This document shows positions 1 to 12,340 of a stretch of DNA of 64,000 nt, piece after piece (the stretch's first letter is position 1; every line of letters starts with the position of its first letter). The position numbers and the translations under genes were made by a program. Under the pieces are notes generated by a model. It made no database searches. It was not told the DNA's origin and was given only the letters and a program-made list of their open reading frames with translations. Source of the DNA: Tubulanus polymorphus (Eukaryota > Animalia > Nemertea); NCBI RefSeq assembly GCF_964204645.1, contig NC_134027.1, positions 26,312,560 to 26,376,559 on the forward strand, given 5' to 3'.

Positions 1-682
1 AACAAAGTCTGCTTTGAAAAATCGCCGATTTCTCAAGAGTCTCAGCGTCCTGTAGATGCAGCCACGTTCTCAGGTGGTTCGTGTTACATAATAACGAGGG
101 TCTTCTAGAATGAAATATGTACCGCGAACTTATGCTAACATTTTGGAGCCATCCTCATTTATGACGCCGTGAGGCGAGTCACTTACAGAATACGAAATGA
201 TCGGAACCGTGCTAGAATTTGGTACGGTGTTTTTGGTCGGGTCAAATTTGGCCCGTATCAAACACGAGCCTGCGCCGTGGCTTCATGTTCGTTTGAGACA
301 TTTCCCTCCCATTTTCTAAGATCCACCTCTGTTTTTCATGAAAATCTTGAATACCACGAGAGTTTGTTTCGGGCAATAGTTTAATAATCATATTCCATCT
401 AGGATCGATTGGGGCTGTATTGCATTACGTTTCATATATTCATATATATATATACAGGTAATAATAAAGAATTGATTTAATTTAATGGATCACCTATCCA
501 AGGAATTATGTCAGTTACTTCTATACAAAACGTTGTAGCGAATTACTAAAACATATGTTACCTATCTAAAGTCTGGGTTATTCAGTGCAGTTGTTAATTT
601 CTGTTAAAAGTTTTCAGTCCGAAGGATCAAATTTTAATCATTAGAGATGAAAATAGTAAAACGATATTACGTCGTATTGTAC

Positions 683-990
683 GGAGCATTTTAGGTCCAT
701 CTGTTACTAAACCGTATCGACAAATATGATTCTAAACACTTAGACAAGGACTGTAGAAACTGCCATGAAATCGAAATATATAGTAGGGATACTACTATAA
801 ATGCTCAATGATTTCAGTAAAGAAGATAAATTCACAATAAAGATATCTGGTCATGTGAGCAAATATAATTTTATCAAGCATATCGTAGGTTATGAAACAT
901 CAAAGGATGTTTACTATAGGGTTTATCTAAGAGAAGCATGCTTAAAGGGTCCCTCGCGGAATTAGAACAGATGGTTCGCTATATGTTCAG
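683..990. mobile_element. Old degenerate foldback (MITE-like) element
   Basis: Two nested inverted matches: ccatctgttactaa (~697) vs ttagaacagatgg (~962), and cttagacaaggactgtagaaac (~740) vs gtttactatagggtttatctaag (~909). No TSD is readable. Confidence 0.4.
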
Positions 991-3479
991 CTCTTCAGCA
1001 ATTATATACTATTTCTTTCTGGATTTCTGTTCGTTCCTCTTTGAACTCACGGTTTATCGCTAATTTTTATCATCAGACATATTTCGTTTCTGAGCGGAAA
1101 ATCCGTTCTCCGCAGAAAGCGATGTTGTATTGGCGATTTTTTGGTAAGATTTGCCATTAACTCAAGGCAAAGATGTACATGTCCTGTAATAACTAACCGT
1201 TATAGCATCCAAGACGTCCAGGCCTCATTAACCCGCGGTAGCTTTTATTATAGCTTCGTGATTAACCTCTCCGAGATCAATACCTCAGTAACTATCCGGA
1301 TACTTTATAACTTATAGATATATAGCTAATGATCTTGTGATTAATTGACCGTCGACGGACAGTCAGGAGTTTCCTCGATTCTATGACCACGCTCTCTGTG
1401 GAACTGGTATGTACATGGGGAAGTCGCAATAACACAATAAAGATGAAATTCTAATGTCTCCAATTCACAATAATAATAAACGCCCACGACTCTAGACCTC
1501 GGTAAAAGAAAAAGAAAAATCTAAGATTATGTAGTTATATAACGTCTTTTCGAATCTTTAAGAAATTACCTCATTATTTTCCCAATATGATTAAATTAAA
1601 GGTTATTATGCATTTCCGATGTTTTTGTCCTGTAACTTGTAAGGGGTATGAAAGTGCATGAATATGAAAGAACAACAGGGCCTTTAGGTCATAAGTTTCT
1701 TTAAACTTTACCAAGTCATCCAGCATCTTATATTACAATATTTTGTATTCAATTATGCTACTTCTTATTGTTATATTCTTCTTATTAGATCGTAAATAAA
1801 ATATTATCATTATTACAATTATTATTATGTATTAAATGGGCCCTGATTATGTTTTAAACAAGGTATTCATCTTCTTCATTCATGCCAGCTCTTACTTCTA
1901 AAACCCATAAAAATGTCATATAAAATCATCATCATAAAACCTACACAATATTATTAATACTAATACTAATACTAATCCTTTCTGATGATTATTTTACAAG
2001 TTCAACAGGAAACGCTAACAATTGCGTTCATTATTTCTGTGATGTATACCTGGAGACTATTACGGGACACGTCAACGCGGAGAATAGACGTAGGTGAATA
2101 GAGGCTGGACTGTGGTTAGGTATAATAACGGGTTTCATTCTATTTGTTTACATCGACCGACAATACGTCCAGTTTCTTCCGGAAAATCAACACTTCCGAC
2201 AATCTTTTCAAAATCGCCGATGATTATTGTAAAAATGTTTGAATAGAATTAGTGAAGCCAGTGTACACTAATCAACAATGACCACCGTCGAAAACTCGAG
2301 GCCTTTCCCCATTCACTGGTTCCTAATCTAAAAACGTTTAACTAATACTCTCGGGTCTTTTTGCACCCGAGGCACATCGTCTTCATTCTGACAATGAGAT
2401 CAAACATCGCTTTATGAATATCATATCTGCCGATATGATAGCGAAAATATCATTAGTTGACTTCATCCCAACCTCCCGAGCAGACGATCAGAACCTCGTA
2501 AAGGTGCCGAAATTATCATAACAACACCTGCTTGAGTAAATGAGTCGTCGAAACATATATGTATATAAATATGGCCTCTTATTATATTTACATTAATCTA
2601 TTGACCTACATAATTAATATGCACAGAGGTACAGTGTAGTACTTTACAAGCCAATTAGTCGCGTTTTAATTGAAACAAAGAAAGATGTAATGGAGAGTGA
2701 CCTTATCCGTATCCAATTACATATTAGAACAAACCAGTCACGGAATTGAACGTGTCAGAGTCCTATATTTCATACATACATGAAGCATATGTTAGCCGTG
2801 GTGGGTTTAAGGGTCTAATCCCAGTGAACTAGCCAGAGTAGTATGCTAGCTATGATAGATTTAAGGGGTCCGGCCTGGAGGAACTTGCCAGGGCTATTAT
2901 GCTAGTTTCATAGCTGTCCTTTCTTGAAGAAAGCTATCTTATCTTTGGCCCATTCAGGATCGACCTAGCAAAATTGGTTGCGCGATTTGAAAGGCCCCAT
3001 GACCACCGCACCCAACACCAACATTACTCGACAGACAAGCATTTCCTTGTCTAGTTAGATGAAGACCAGGTAGAAATTAAGCCATTCGATCGACAAAATC
3101 CTCAAATCCTCAAATCCATCTACTACACCGAGCTTGTGGATTCTACTATTTGTAATATACACATTATATACATGTACATTGACCTCCTCAAATCGGTGCA
3201 ATCAAATCAAACACCGCAGAATACGAAACTAGAGATAAGGATAAAACGATGGAAGATCTAGCGGTAACAAGCTTCGATGCACACAGGTACATAATCAACA
3301 GATTCCGGTAGAGATGCTACAAGTACTAGACGAACATTACCGTGTAATCGACATCGGTACGAAAGCCCCTGTTTCATTTCTACCGATCTCATCATGTCAT
3401 CGCAGACACTCGAATAGCCACTGCTATCTTGAATTACAGCGGTTAGCTAAATAAAGTTCAGCTCTCGGCGAGCAGCAGC

Positions 3480-3504
3480 AGAGAGAGAGAGAGAGAGAGA
3501 GAGA
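3480..3504. repeat. (AG)n microsatellite
   Basis: Uninterrupted AG run of ~12 units. Confidence 0.95.
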
Positions 3505-5139
3505 AGCAGGTTCTACCTGAGCTGATATCAGTCAGCTGCGAAAACTTACTCAAAAATTCCTCTGTTTACCCGTATGCTGCGGCTTCGATGTAAACATTAA
3601 CAAGAGCTTCAATTATTTCGTCAATACGAAAGATACAGTTTTATACGCGGTACTGGACGATCTGCTGTTCCCTAGTCTTGCACAAGGCCGTCGAGTTGTC
3701 TTTTACTGAATGAGCTCTTAACTTTTTACTGCCTTATTATATGGAATCTTAATAAAATTCTTTTGCATAATTGTTAGGATAAAAATAAGTTGTCTACTTG
3801 GAAATGTAGTAAAATGCATCTAACCCATCAAATTCTCTTCAAAAGCAACGTCCCGCCTAGCCTTCAAAATGCCTTTTCATTGATCAACGATCTGCCCTAA
3901 CTATGTCGCAAGACCCTCAAAAGTAGGCCTTGTATCTCAGACTAAGGTATATCTAAAACGTGGACTGTCAATAAAACGGTCAAGTTCTAAACCGTTATTT
4001 CTTTCTGGTACTCGTAACTGTTCTGACCACAATATCAACACGATTTCATTCAATTCTATTGACGCCGCGTTGAAAGCGGTTTTGGATTCAAATTGAATTC
4101 ATTATTTGAATTATTTGAAAATAATGAAGAGAAACCGTGTTTACAAGAGAACGTGACATCGACAATACAATACACAACCGGCGCAATAGATCAATGGAAA
4201 TTGAAGCGAGAAAGTTCATTTTCAGCGAGATAATCCAATTACTGTAAATATGTTATCAATACTGATAAAAAAACACCTAAATACAATATATAGAGTTATA
4301 GACTTTGATGCTTCTTCAACACGGGTATCAGAAACCAGACTCGAAACTAAAAACGTTATAGGAGCTCCATTCATCGGGGTTAGTATTGAAACCGACAGAA
4401 CCTACGACTATAGTGGTTAGAAAAACACCAGCGAGGGGTCTTTGTAAAGCTGGATTTTGATCTTTTACTATGGAAAACCGCTCGGTTCATTCGCTATATT
4501 CACAACGCGGTCTAATTCTCGGCGGATCGGGTTATGAAAAAATGTCGCATATGTATATTTGCGACTGAAAATGGATTCTAAATCTAATTCCCGTAACAAT
4601 GTATAAATACAGAACCGTATTCTCCGTTTTTGTATTAAACAAATAACTAACCTAATAAAGGAATTGCTTTTAACTCTGAAAATAACGCAGAAATTTGACA
4701 TTTGTTAGAAACGCGCGCTAATGGAGCGGCTTTTCATTAATAGTCGAAATTGAAAAATAGACGTTTATTGTTCCCGTAATGAATGTGGTTAGGAACATAG
4801 ATAAATCGACGCACGCGAGATTTGATCTTTAAAATAAAGAATTTCAACATGTTGCACGCGCAGCGGCGCTTTTCATCTTTTCACCAACCGAGAGATAAAT
4901 AGTGAAAAATGAACTACGCGCAAACCGCAGTTTGATGAGTTCACGAACTTTCCAAATACATCATCAAAAACAGTGTCGCAAATACCAAACCGCGATGAGG
5001 AATCGTTTTAGGAAATATCGGTTATTTTGAGAATTGTTCATTAAATGGAAAAGCGAATAAAACACAGATGTCGCTTGTGCAATTTTGTTCATAAACCGCA
5101 AATTGACAGACGAATCCATTCATTCTATATATACACAAT

Positions 5140-5411
5140 AGTGTAGAGGTTATAGTTACACATTTGGACTTATAAATATCTTTATTACGATTTAAAAAAA
5201 AAAAAAAACGTTTATCCCTACTTCCTATGCTCGATAATCAAAATCTAATTCAACAAATCTTTTGAAAACTTCCTTAATAAACTTCGAATATCAATATTGT
5301 AAATCGTATTGATAAACTATAGGAAAAAAACAAAAAATAAACAAAGATTATCAAACTGTTTTGTTTTTACCTTAAGTATGATAAAGTCCATGATCTATAT
5401 ACTCCTACACT
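5140..5411. mobile_element. Degenerate foldback/MITE-like element
   Basis: agtgtagaggttatag...ggacttata at the left matches the reverse complement of taaagtccatgatctatatactcctacact at the right. Confidence 0.4.
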
Positions 5412-6113
5412 TTTCATCCATTATTGGTTGGTATTTCCTCTTAGTCATTGTAACATAACTCTTCAAATAACCCCCGTAATGAAAGACACAATCGTCACAT
5501 CCTTCTCATAACGATACACCGACTCTCAATTAGACAGCGCTGTCTAAATCGCTTTTTCGATCCCTTACGTAATCGCGCCACGTAAAAAAAAAATCTTCCC
5601 GAGAACAAACGCGAGATAAATCCAAAATCCAAACTATTTTTGCTTATCGGAATGAAGATTATATATACTTTAGTAACGATGATATTTCTATATCGCGATT
5701 ATTTCTATTGCGATTCGAAGATTATTTCATCGCTAAGCGAGCGAGAGAGAGAGAGAGAAGAAAGATTGAGAAATCGAATAGCGGTTGATCTCTGTCAGAC
5801 TAGCGAGGACTAGCCGCGCTATAGGTCTGTTTGTTATCAATGAGTGTGAATCATATAGTAGTAGTGCGAATGTGTGTACGTATATAAACTAGTTCACCGA
5901 GTCACTCACAGGTGGCACCACGCTGGGTCAAAAGGTGACACAAATATATGTTTTTGACAGGTGTCGCGAGTGTCAGTGTTCATTGGGACACGCGTACGAT
6001 TTGTTACGGATTCACGCGTAGCCACAAAACGTCATCAAATTCGAGTTCCGAGAGGTCACCAGAGCGAATTTACTGTACGATGAAAACAGAAAAAAAGTGC
6101 CACAACTTTCATA

Positions 6114-6219
6114 TCGGTCTAGATTCCTTCACGATTCTCAACTCGGTCTCAGATTCCTTCGCGAATCTCAACTCGGTTTCAGAGTCCTTCACGATGCTCA
6201 AATCGGTCCAAATTCCCTC
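6114..6219. repeat. 30-bp minisatellite, ~3.5 diverged copies
   Basis: agattccttcacgattctcaactcggtctc-type unit starts at 6121, 6151 and 6181 (period 30). Confidence 0.85.
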
Positions 6220-6959
6220 CAAGAATTACGACTATTTTACGTTTCAAACCCAGGATTGATTCGACAATACAGAATAAAGATGTCTCAACATTGCAAATAA
6301 TTGCTTGTAAAAATGACAACAATACAATGAGCTTATCATTAAACCAACTCTTATCAGTTCCCACGTTGACCATGTACTTAACCGTCGATCTTATCGTTAA
6401 CCGACACGACAGGTAAGCGTTGACCGCCTGCACCGAAATGAACTCGCCGTTTCGAGCCGAACGAACGAGACTTTCCCTCCGCAGCAGCCGAAACAAGAGA
6501 AATCGTTTTACTCGCAGACGACGGCGATGAAATATTCGCGGAAATTCACAGCCCAATTTTACCGATTATTCTCTCCTGGAAATAAGACAGACACGACTAC
6601 TGACACAGTTCCTTCATTTCGAAACATTCGTTAAAATTCGTCGTCAGCCAAAGCGCCGAGTAGAGAGAGAATGTAACGATCAATTCAGCACGTCTCCATT
6701 CATAAATCCATGCACCAAAAGTCCGCATCACATGTTGCTGCAGTTGAATACTGTAAGATCGAAAGATCCGGTTTTCTGGTCCAGAAATCACGTTATTACG
6801 CAACTTATTCCACGATGAGTCTCTTAATAACACCGTAAAGACCGATATAATCAAGCGGTTGACCTAAGCGCGCTTTAATCAACCCGGGACAAAATCCTGC
6901 GACGGTATCTGAAGCTTAGCAGCGTGCATGCATCCCCCGCGCGCGAGATCCCGGTACGT

Positions 6960-6994
6960 TATAAAGCCAGGGTTAGGATATTGTGAGTCATATT
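6960..6994 (+). promoter_or_regulatory. Candidate Pol II core promoter (TATA plus Inr-like motif)
   Basis: TATAAAG at 6960-6966 with TCATATT whose A (6990) lies 30 nt downstream, in a CpG-rich block (~6870-7150). Motif evidence only. Confidence 0.25.
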
Positions 6995-7510
6995 TCTCGA
7001 GTAGAAAGATCTCCCAAGCGCGCTGTGCGACGACTAGACACGGATCTCGTCTCGCTCCCTCCCTCTCTCTCTCTCAACGGGACCGCACGCCAGTAAATCT
7101 TCAGCGTCGAACTCTAATTTATCATCGGATCTCGACAGCCCGAGAACTTCTGCTGTTGCCACAACCGGAGACAATCCACCGAACAATCAATTCGATAGGA
7201 TTTGTTTACTCGAACGCGAATTAAAAAAAATATCATGTTTAACTACGAATTAAACTGAGCTCTCTGCTGAGGCGGTGCATGCGCGCTAAAAGCCGCCAAA
7301 TCTCATATTACGTAACCTTTTAAAAATACGCTTTATTTGGCTTTAAATCGAAAACTATCAAATCCACATGAAATAAAAGCGTATATTCCGCACAGGGATC
7401 CACGATATTATCCACGATATTGATTATAATTTGTTCAATTCGATTTTCGTTCTTAAAATAGGGATTGTCCCCATTATTTATTTATTTGGCTGGTAAATTT
7501 TGTTTGATTT

Positions 7511-7550
7511 TTCGATTGAGTGTCCCTTACAGACCCACCACACCTGCCGG
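7511..7550 (+). repeat. Dispersed repeat fragment (ccaccacacctgcc family), copy 1
   Basis: ttcgattgagtgtcccttacagacccaccacacctgcc resembles 9954-9992 (+) and 28466-28503 (-). Confidence 0.6.
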
Positions 7551-8190
7551 GAGCGAAACAGGGGGTTCAAATCGATTTTAGAGTCATTAGCTGCATTTGA
7601 ATCTATCGGAATGAAAAGTTAGTGTAGAGAGAGAGAGTCAGTTGTAAATAATATACGCGTCAGCTCAGCGTACTACATAGATTTGTAAAATGTATAATGC
7701 ACAATCGGCCTCTTCACTAGTGGATTTCTGATTTCTACATGTCAAATTGGCCGCTTATATCACGCACTTGTCTAACATCTCGCGATAACGTTCCGGATGT
7801 ACATATGATTCATGCATGTTTGTTTCAGGACCACTTCTTATTGATCTGGCTTTCATGCATAGTTAATAGCAATTAAACCGACCCTCAAACCTTTCATTTA
7901 CTGCTAATTTACTTTTTATTCTCATTATTCAATTCGTTTCCGCGACGAAACTCTCGGATATTACGCATCCATATGCTATACGGGTTGTGGTGAATACCTG
8001 TCAATAGGGTGGCGCCCTTGGAACTGCGGCTCAACACTTCTGAGCTGAAATATTTCTACCCAAGGTCTTACATCTTAAAAATGAAGTGCTTTTAGTAGCA
8101 GGGACCTAGTTACACAGTTCATGGCTAAGTTTGACTCAAATTAACTCGTTTCCGATATAATTATGAAATCTTGAGTTCAATCCTTACTCT

Positions 8191-9215
8191 GATTCACAAC
8201 CATGGCCCAACAAGGTTTCACAACTGTGGTCCCACCAGTTGTTGGTTTTATAACTGTGGATCCACCAGTTGTTGGTTTCACAACCATGGCCCAACAAGGT
8301 TTCACAACCGTGGTCCCACCAGTTGTTGGTTTCATAACTGCGGATCCACCAGTTGTTGGTTTCACAACCATGGCCCAACAAGGTTTCACACACTATGGTT
8401 CCACTAGTTGTTGGTTTCATAACTGTGGATCCACCAGTTGTTGGTTTCACAACCATGGCCCAACAAGGTTTCACACACTATGGTTCCACTAGTTGTTGGT
8501 TTCACAACTGTGGATCCACCAGTTGTTGGTTTCACAACCATGGCCCAACAAGGTTTCACACACTATGGTTCCACTAGTTGTTGGTTTCATAACTGCGGAT
8601 CCACCAGTTGTTGGTTTCACAACCATGGCCCAACAAGGTTTCACACACTATGGTTCCACTAGTTGTTGGTTTCACAACTGTAGATCCACCAGTTGTTGGT
8701 TTCACAACCATGGCCCAACAAGGTTTCACACACTATGGTTCCACTAGTTGTTGGTTTCATAACTGTGGATCCACCAGTTGTTGGTTTCACAACCATGGCC
8801 CAACAAGGTTTCACACACTATGGTTCCACTAGTTGTTGGTTTCACAACTGTGGATCCACCAGTTGTTGGTTTCACAACCATGGCCCAACAAGGTTTCACA
8901 CACTATGGTTCCACTAGTTGTTGGTTTCACAACTGTGGATCCACCAGTTGTTGGTTTCACAACCATGGCCCAACAAGGTTTCACACACTATGGTTCCACT
9001 AGTTGTTGGTTTCACAACTGTGGATCCACCAGTTGTTGGTTTCACAACCATGGCCCAACAAGGTTTCACACACTATGGTTCCACTAGTTGTTGGTTTCAC
9101 AACTGTGGATCCACCAGTTGTTGGTTTCACAACCATGGTTCAACAATTCAAGGTTTGACAACACCTGTGGTTCCACCAGTTGTCGGTTTCACAACCATGG
9201 TTCGATCAGTTGTTG
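8191..9215. repeat. 85-bp tandem array (~12 units) built from 31+30+24-bp related subunits
   Basis: Unit cacactatggttccactagttgttggtttca/caactgtggatccaccagttgttggtttca/caaccatggcccaacaaggtttca. ORF starts recur at multiples of 85 bp (8353, 8438, 8608, 8693, 8778). The first two units are 84 bp. Confidence 0.97.
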
Positions 9216-9953
9216 ACTTTGTCTCTGACTTCCAATTTATAGTGCATTTATATGTTTTACAATCTAGAACTACAAGTGTGGAATACTGACTGCGGGTCCT
9301 TCTCGTCGAAATTCTATGATTGCCTTTTTGCAATGAAAGCACTCCAGGATTTACCGACGAAATTAAGAGATCATTAACTCTAATAGTAAACCAGTATCTT
9401 ATTGAGGCTTACACTGAAGAATCGTGGCGCCAACATCGACGACCGAGAATAAATTCATATTTACAAGAAATTATCACGGCATGTAAAATATCGAATTCGA
9501 GCTCGTCGAGTCGACGACGACGGCGCAGATATTCAGACAGATAAAACCGGCGAGAATTAAACCATACGAAATAACAAGCGACGTGTTTCTTTTAGCCAAT
9601 TTAAGCGTGATCAAAGAGCGGTATATATTCGAGATCATTTAGATGTTCTATAAATGTTTCAAATGTCATTCTGTGGGAACCAGACACGCCCTGCAGGTGG
9701 TCGCCTATTATATGTAAGTTCAGTAACTTTGAACTGAGTCGAGTCTTTATGCCTCTCAGCGGTTTGCTTATTTAATTCCCGCGACGAGCCGATAATAACT
9801 ACTGAAAAAAAACCGCAAATCTCTTCACGGGATAATTAACGAATCGACTGTTGCCAAACAAGGGACGTTTGACTTTCTTAGAATTGTGTGTAACGATATT
9901 TTAAGAGTTGCCTATTTTGATCCCGAGAGAATAGACCCTCTGATTAATTTTGA

Positions 9954-9992
9954 TTCGATTTGGTGTCCTTTACAAGACCACCACACCTGCCC
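9954..9992 (+). repeat. Dispersed repeat fragment (ccaccacacctgcc family), copy 2
   Basis: ttcgatttggtgtcctttacaagaccaccacacctgcc. Confidence 0.6.
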
Positions 9993-11333
9993 ACCTTAAA
10001 CTGGGGATTTCATTTTGAAATTAAAAACCGAAGTAAAGATATAGTCGGAAGGTCAGTGTTGATTGAATTTTTTTATTCGAATCGAAGTTGGAGAGTTGCC
10101 TATTTTAGAAATAATCTGCCCGGACCAACCGCCGCGATGACCATAATGTATATGCTTGACCCTAAAAACCCAAAATATGCTCTTCAACTTTCCCTCCATT
10201 TTCATCCGAGACATTTCCATAAACAACACAAAGAACATAATGAATATTTGAACTTTGTACGAAACGGTGACATTAAACAGTTGTAAAGATGCTGAAATAA
10301 TCTACTAAACATGTTTCAGTGTCGTGTCTCGTGTAGTTAACATTCGCTGTGTATCGTTAGCGGCTTGTTGAGATTTGTCGCATCAATTTAGATTAGCGAC
10401 GAACAACATTCTCAAGTCGAAGATGTAAATAATATATGGGCGTTGGTTGAATGTGATAAACGATCTTTGTAAGCAGATATCGCCATATTTATTACTTAGT
10501 ACCGTCTTAGAAGGTCGTCTAAATAAGTTATGTGAGTATATGTTCGACAGGACCGAAGTAGGTGACAGTTCGGTATTACCTTATTAAATCATTGCTGGAA
10601 TGCAATGTCTACAATAGACACTTCATACTGGATCAGAATTGATAACACTTTACACAATAAAGGCAAAGATCCATATATGATAGCTTTACAGTTCCTAAGA
10701 CAGATGATATATTTTTTCTAATGAAATTTCCATAGAATACATGAGTTTTTTTCGAACAACTAGATAGCGTGACTTGTCAACTTCTATCAAAAATCTACTC
10801 TAACTTAAAGTTGTTATCCACTTACCGCAGTAGGATCCGTCGAGACGAGCGTCTGAATTTTCTGAACTTCGATAAGTAAGAGATTTAAAAACTGAAATGC
10901 TTTAGAGCGAAAAACACTTGTTACTGAGATACTGCGGGTATCTATGACTAAGTTGTTGCGTGCGAGTTTGAAATCGATGTTCACGTATATCTCACAAGGA
11001 AACACGACGCATCTCTAATTAATTATCAAGTTATATCCTAGGTTTAGTCAGCTGCTGATACTTCGGTGACAAAATCACCCCCGAGGCTTATCGATATAGA
11101 ACGCCGCGCAGTATCTGTATCTTATACACGAGTTGAACCCCGGATCTCGATGAATAATGAATATGATTAAATACAGAGAAAACATTTTTCAAAAGGCGAC
11201 ATTCAATCTCTTATAGTGCGCCGCCATTGCATCTTTCAGCGATGCGCGTAAGCGTGAAGGCTTCGTAAATGACTAGATCTGTGTACATAAAAATGATACG
11301 AGACAAAAACCGCAATAAATCAGCCAAAGATGA

Positions 11334-11473
11334 AAAGTTCTTGAGAAAAATGTTTATATATTTGAGCATTGTTTCAGCTGCAGACTTTACCAGCAATTAT
11401 CAGGCGTGCTGATGATGGCTAATATTCTTAAGCCCGAAACGTTGCTCAAATAAACTTTTTACTCAAGGACTTT
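11334..11473. mobile_element. Foldback element with hammerhead-core motifs in both arms (Penelope-like terminus relic)
   Basis: The arms are imperfect reverse complements. Plus strand: CTGATGA (11409) tGGCT...AGCCc GAAAC gtt. Minus strand: CTGATAA ttgctg...cagct GAAAC. A homologue lies at 33588-33650. Confidence 0.55.
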
Positions 11474-12340
11474 ACATTTTAGACTGAATTTATTGTCGTA
11501 TTTTCTCGTATATTCATCTTACGCGGATATCGTGTATCTTTCTGACTTAACAAAGATTATGCCTGATCAAATGAAAATGCCACAAATGATGAAAAATCTT
11601 GTTTTTATCTTTTATAACATTCTCCGGATTTTGCCTCTATTTTACTTCATCTTCGAAATGAATAAAAACATTGACTCTATCGTCACACCTGAGATCCTTT
11701 AGTTCAGGGTTACGATTCAAAGATTGTAGCATCTAGAAGACTATGTTGTATCTAGAAGACTCTATTTTGCGGGACCCTCCGTATTTAAATACATTTATTG
11801 CACATTACTTGAAAGCAGATCTAAGCGAACATAGAAAATGATGATTTTAGACTTTTATCAAGGTCATGTATTCAAATCTTCCACAAATAACACTGACAAG
11901 TTCGTTCGATAACTAATGGAGTTCGGTACTAGAGATTTGATAGATCCGAGCCCGAGGCAAATTTTGAATTCAAAAACGAAAGAATGAATTGATTGAAAAC
12001 AAAAAACAAGTAATAACAGGGAATTAGACGCACAAGGTGTGGTCTCTGACGAAACGGGAAACCATCGGATGCACCGGATAAATCAATGAGGACAATCAGA
12101 TAAATTAACCGTTAAAATCTGACTTGCAACAGGAAAAATCGCGCGCACGCCGAAGAAACACCGGACACGAAGAAACAACCTGCGTGTAACAGAAACACGG
12201 AAATATTTGTCAGACGACGCGAATTGATTGAAAATGATGAATAGCTACAATCAAACAATTTACAGCATCACGAGTAAATGTGATCAAATCAATGTTTATT
12301 TAATGGTTTTGAATTACGGGGTCATCACCCGCGATAGAAT

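Noticed and set aside
5948-6259. 103-aa ORF containing an in-frame 10-aa repeat
   Set aside because: The open frame is explained by the 30-bp minisatellite, and I recognise no homology
8171-9342. Many overlapping repetitive ORFs (for example MLVSQPWPNKVSHT...)
   Set aside because: These are artefacts of an 85-bp unit that shifts frame with every copy, so there is no continuous ORF
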